Source of the DNA: Malacoraja senta
Taxonomy: Eukaryota
DNA length: 33,680 bases
Reading direction: 5' to 3'
NCBI GenBank assembly: GCA_038087875.1
Contig: JAXLNO010000509.1
Span: forward strand, 1-33,680
A program made the translations under genes and the position numbers. Under the pieces are notes generated by a model. The model had not been told where the DNA came from. It did no database searches and was given only the letters and a program-made list of their open reading frames with translations. Below, piece after piece: positions 32,110 to 33,680 of the stretch (position 1 is its first letter; the number at the start of each line of letters is the position of its first letter).

Positions 32110-33570
32110 TACACACACACACACAGGAGAGAGGGGTGAGGAGAGATGGGTGAGGAGAGAGGGGGAGGGGGAGGGGGAGGGGGGAGGAGAGAGGGGTGAG
32201 GAGGGGGGAGGAAAGAGGGGGAGGAGAGAGGGGTGAGGAGGGGGGAGAGGGAGGGGGGAGAGAGTGGGGAGGGGAGGAGAGGAGAGCAGGGAGGGTAAAG
32301 GGGGAGACAGGGGTAGGGGGAAGGGGTGTGGTAGACGGGGGAGGGGGGGGGCGAGAAGGGTGGGTGAGGGGGGTAGAGAAAGGTGGGGAAGGGGAAGGGG
32401 AGAGGAGAGGGGAAGATGGGAGAGGAGAGGGGGAGGGGAGAGGAGAGGATTAGTGGGGAGAGAGAGAGTAGAGGAGAGAGAGAGAGAGTAGAGGGGGGAG
32501 GGAGAGGAAGGGGGAGTGAGGAGAAGGGAGGGGAGAGTTGGACGGGAGAGAAGAGGAGGGGGAGAGTTGGAAGGGGAGAGAAAATGAGGGGGGAAGGTGG
32601 AGAGGTGGAGGGGGAGAGAAGAGGAGGGGGAGTGGTGGAGAGGGGGGGAGGAGAGGGGAGGGTGGAGAGGGGGAGGAGAATAAGAGGTGGAGGGTGGAGT
32701 GGGAGTGGAGGGGTAGAAGGGAGAGGTGTTAGAATGGGGGAGGGGGAGGGAGAGAGGAGGGAGGAGAGAGGGTAGTAGAGGTGGGGGGAGGGGAGGGGGG
32801 AGGTGGGGAGAGATTGGAGGGGGAGAGAGGAGAAGGAGGGAGTGGAGGGGGAGAGAGAAGAGGCGGAGAGAGGATGGGGAGAGAGAGAAGGGGAGAGAGG
32901 AGGGGGAGAGAGAGAAGGGGGAGTGGGAGAGAGAAGGGGGAGTGGGAGAGAGAAGGGGGAGTGGTAGAAAGGCATGGGGGTGGAAGGGAGGGACGGATGG
33001 GAAGAAAGAGATTAGAGGGGAGACAGAGAAATTAGAAGGGGAGAGTTGGAGTGTGGAGAGAAGAGGAGAGGGAGAGGGGGAGAGGTGGAGGGGGAGGTGG
33101 GGGAGAGAAGAGGGGGAGAGGTGATGGGGAGGGTGGAGGGGAGGGTGGAGAGGGGGAGGAGAATACGATGTGGAGGGGGGTAGAGGGGAAGGAGGAGATG
33201 GAGAGATTGGATGGGGAGAGAGAGAGGAGAGGGGGAGAGGTAGGAGGGAGAGAGAGAAGGAGGGGAGAGAGAGAAGGGGAGCGAGAAGGGGAAAGAGAGA
33301 ATGGGAGAGGGGGAAAGGCACGGGGAGGGAGGTAGGGAGGGGAAGAGAGAGAATAGAGGGAGGAGTACAGGGGAGAGGGGGAGGGAGAGGAGGGGGTGAG
33401 TGGAGGAGATAGGAGGGGGAGAGATGAGGGGGAGTTGGAAGGGGGAGAGAAGAGGAGGGGGGTGGAGGGGAGAGAGATGATGGGGAGAGGTGGAGGGGGA
33501 GAACGAGGGATGGGAGAGGGGAGGATAGGGTAGAGTAGATAGGGAGGGGGGCAGATAGGGAGGGGTAGGA
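32110..33570 (+). repeat. (CA)n followed by a ~1.45-kb G/A-rich polypurine tract
   Basis: Almost no pyrimidines on the + strand; internal duplications. Confidence 0.95.
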
Positions 33571-33680
33571 CAACTTGCTCTATTTGATTGTGCACGCCAG
33601 GTTGATTGCATTCGTGGGATCCATTGTGATTGGGACATGGTGGGAGAGGACTCATGTGAAGTCAGTCTGAGGAAGAGGGT

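Noticed and set aside
31872..33655. Long Pro/Ser/Leu- and Gly/Glu/Arg-rich ORFs (up to 494 aa)
   Set aside because: Artefacts of the polypurine tract, which lacks stop codons.

Overview
Repeat-dense vertebrate genomic DNA, most likely a cartilaginous fish (skate/ray), inferred from HE1-type V-SINEs, HER1/CR1 LINEs and Penelope-derived repeats. The only host gene I can support is a spliced, strongly divergent insulin/IGF-family gene on the + strand that the ORF track misses. Its coding exons are 12262-12409, 15338-15492 and 17725-17874, giving a predicted 142-aa precursor from ATG 12286: MLYTLVCLSVLAPWTVVA|QYLCGSQLVDKLHEVCGDRGFYSGEATPSSSGKRRPSRGIVDDCCFDECDIERIKRYCNSPAARSVSPLITDRQKDEYLDK...SQSQ. 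Its stop codon comes from the tail of an antisense CR1 insertion. The gene is bracketed by two degenerate DIRS1-type tyrosine-recombinase retrotransposons with recognisable termini and ICRs (about 1124-5938 and 24239-29203, both - strand). Also present are a near-intact CR1 ORF2 (20273-22810), a hAT element with an 8-bp TSD nested in an RTE LINE, a palindromic MITE, many Penelope-type repeats carrying minimal hammerhead-ribozyme motifs, minisatellites and a 1.45-kb polypurine tract. All alignments were done by eye and no database searches were run.
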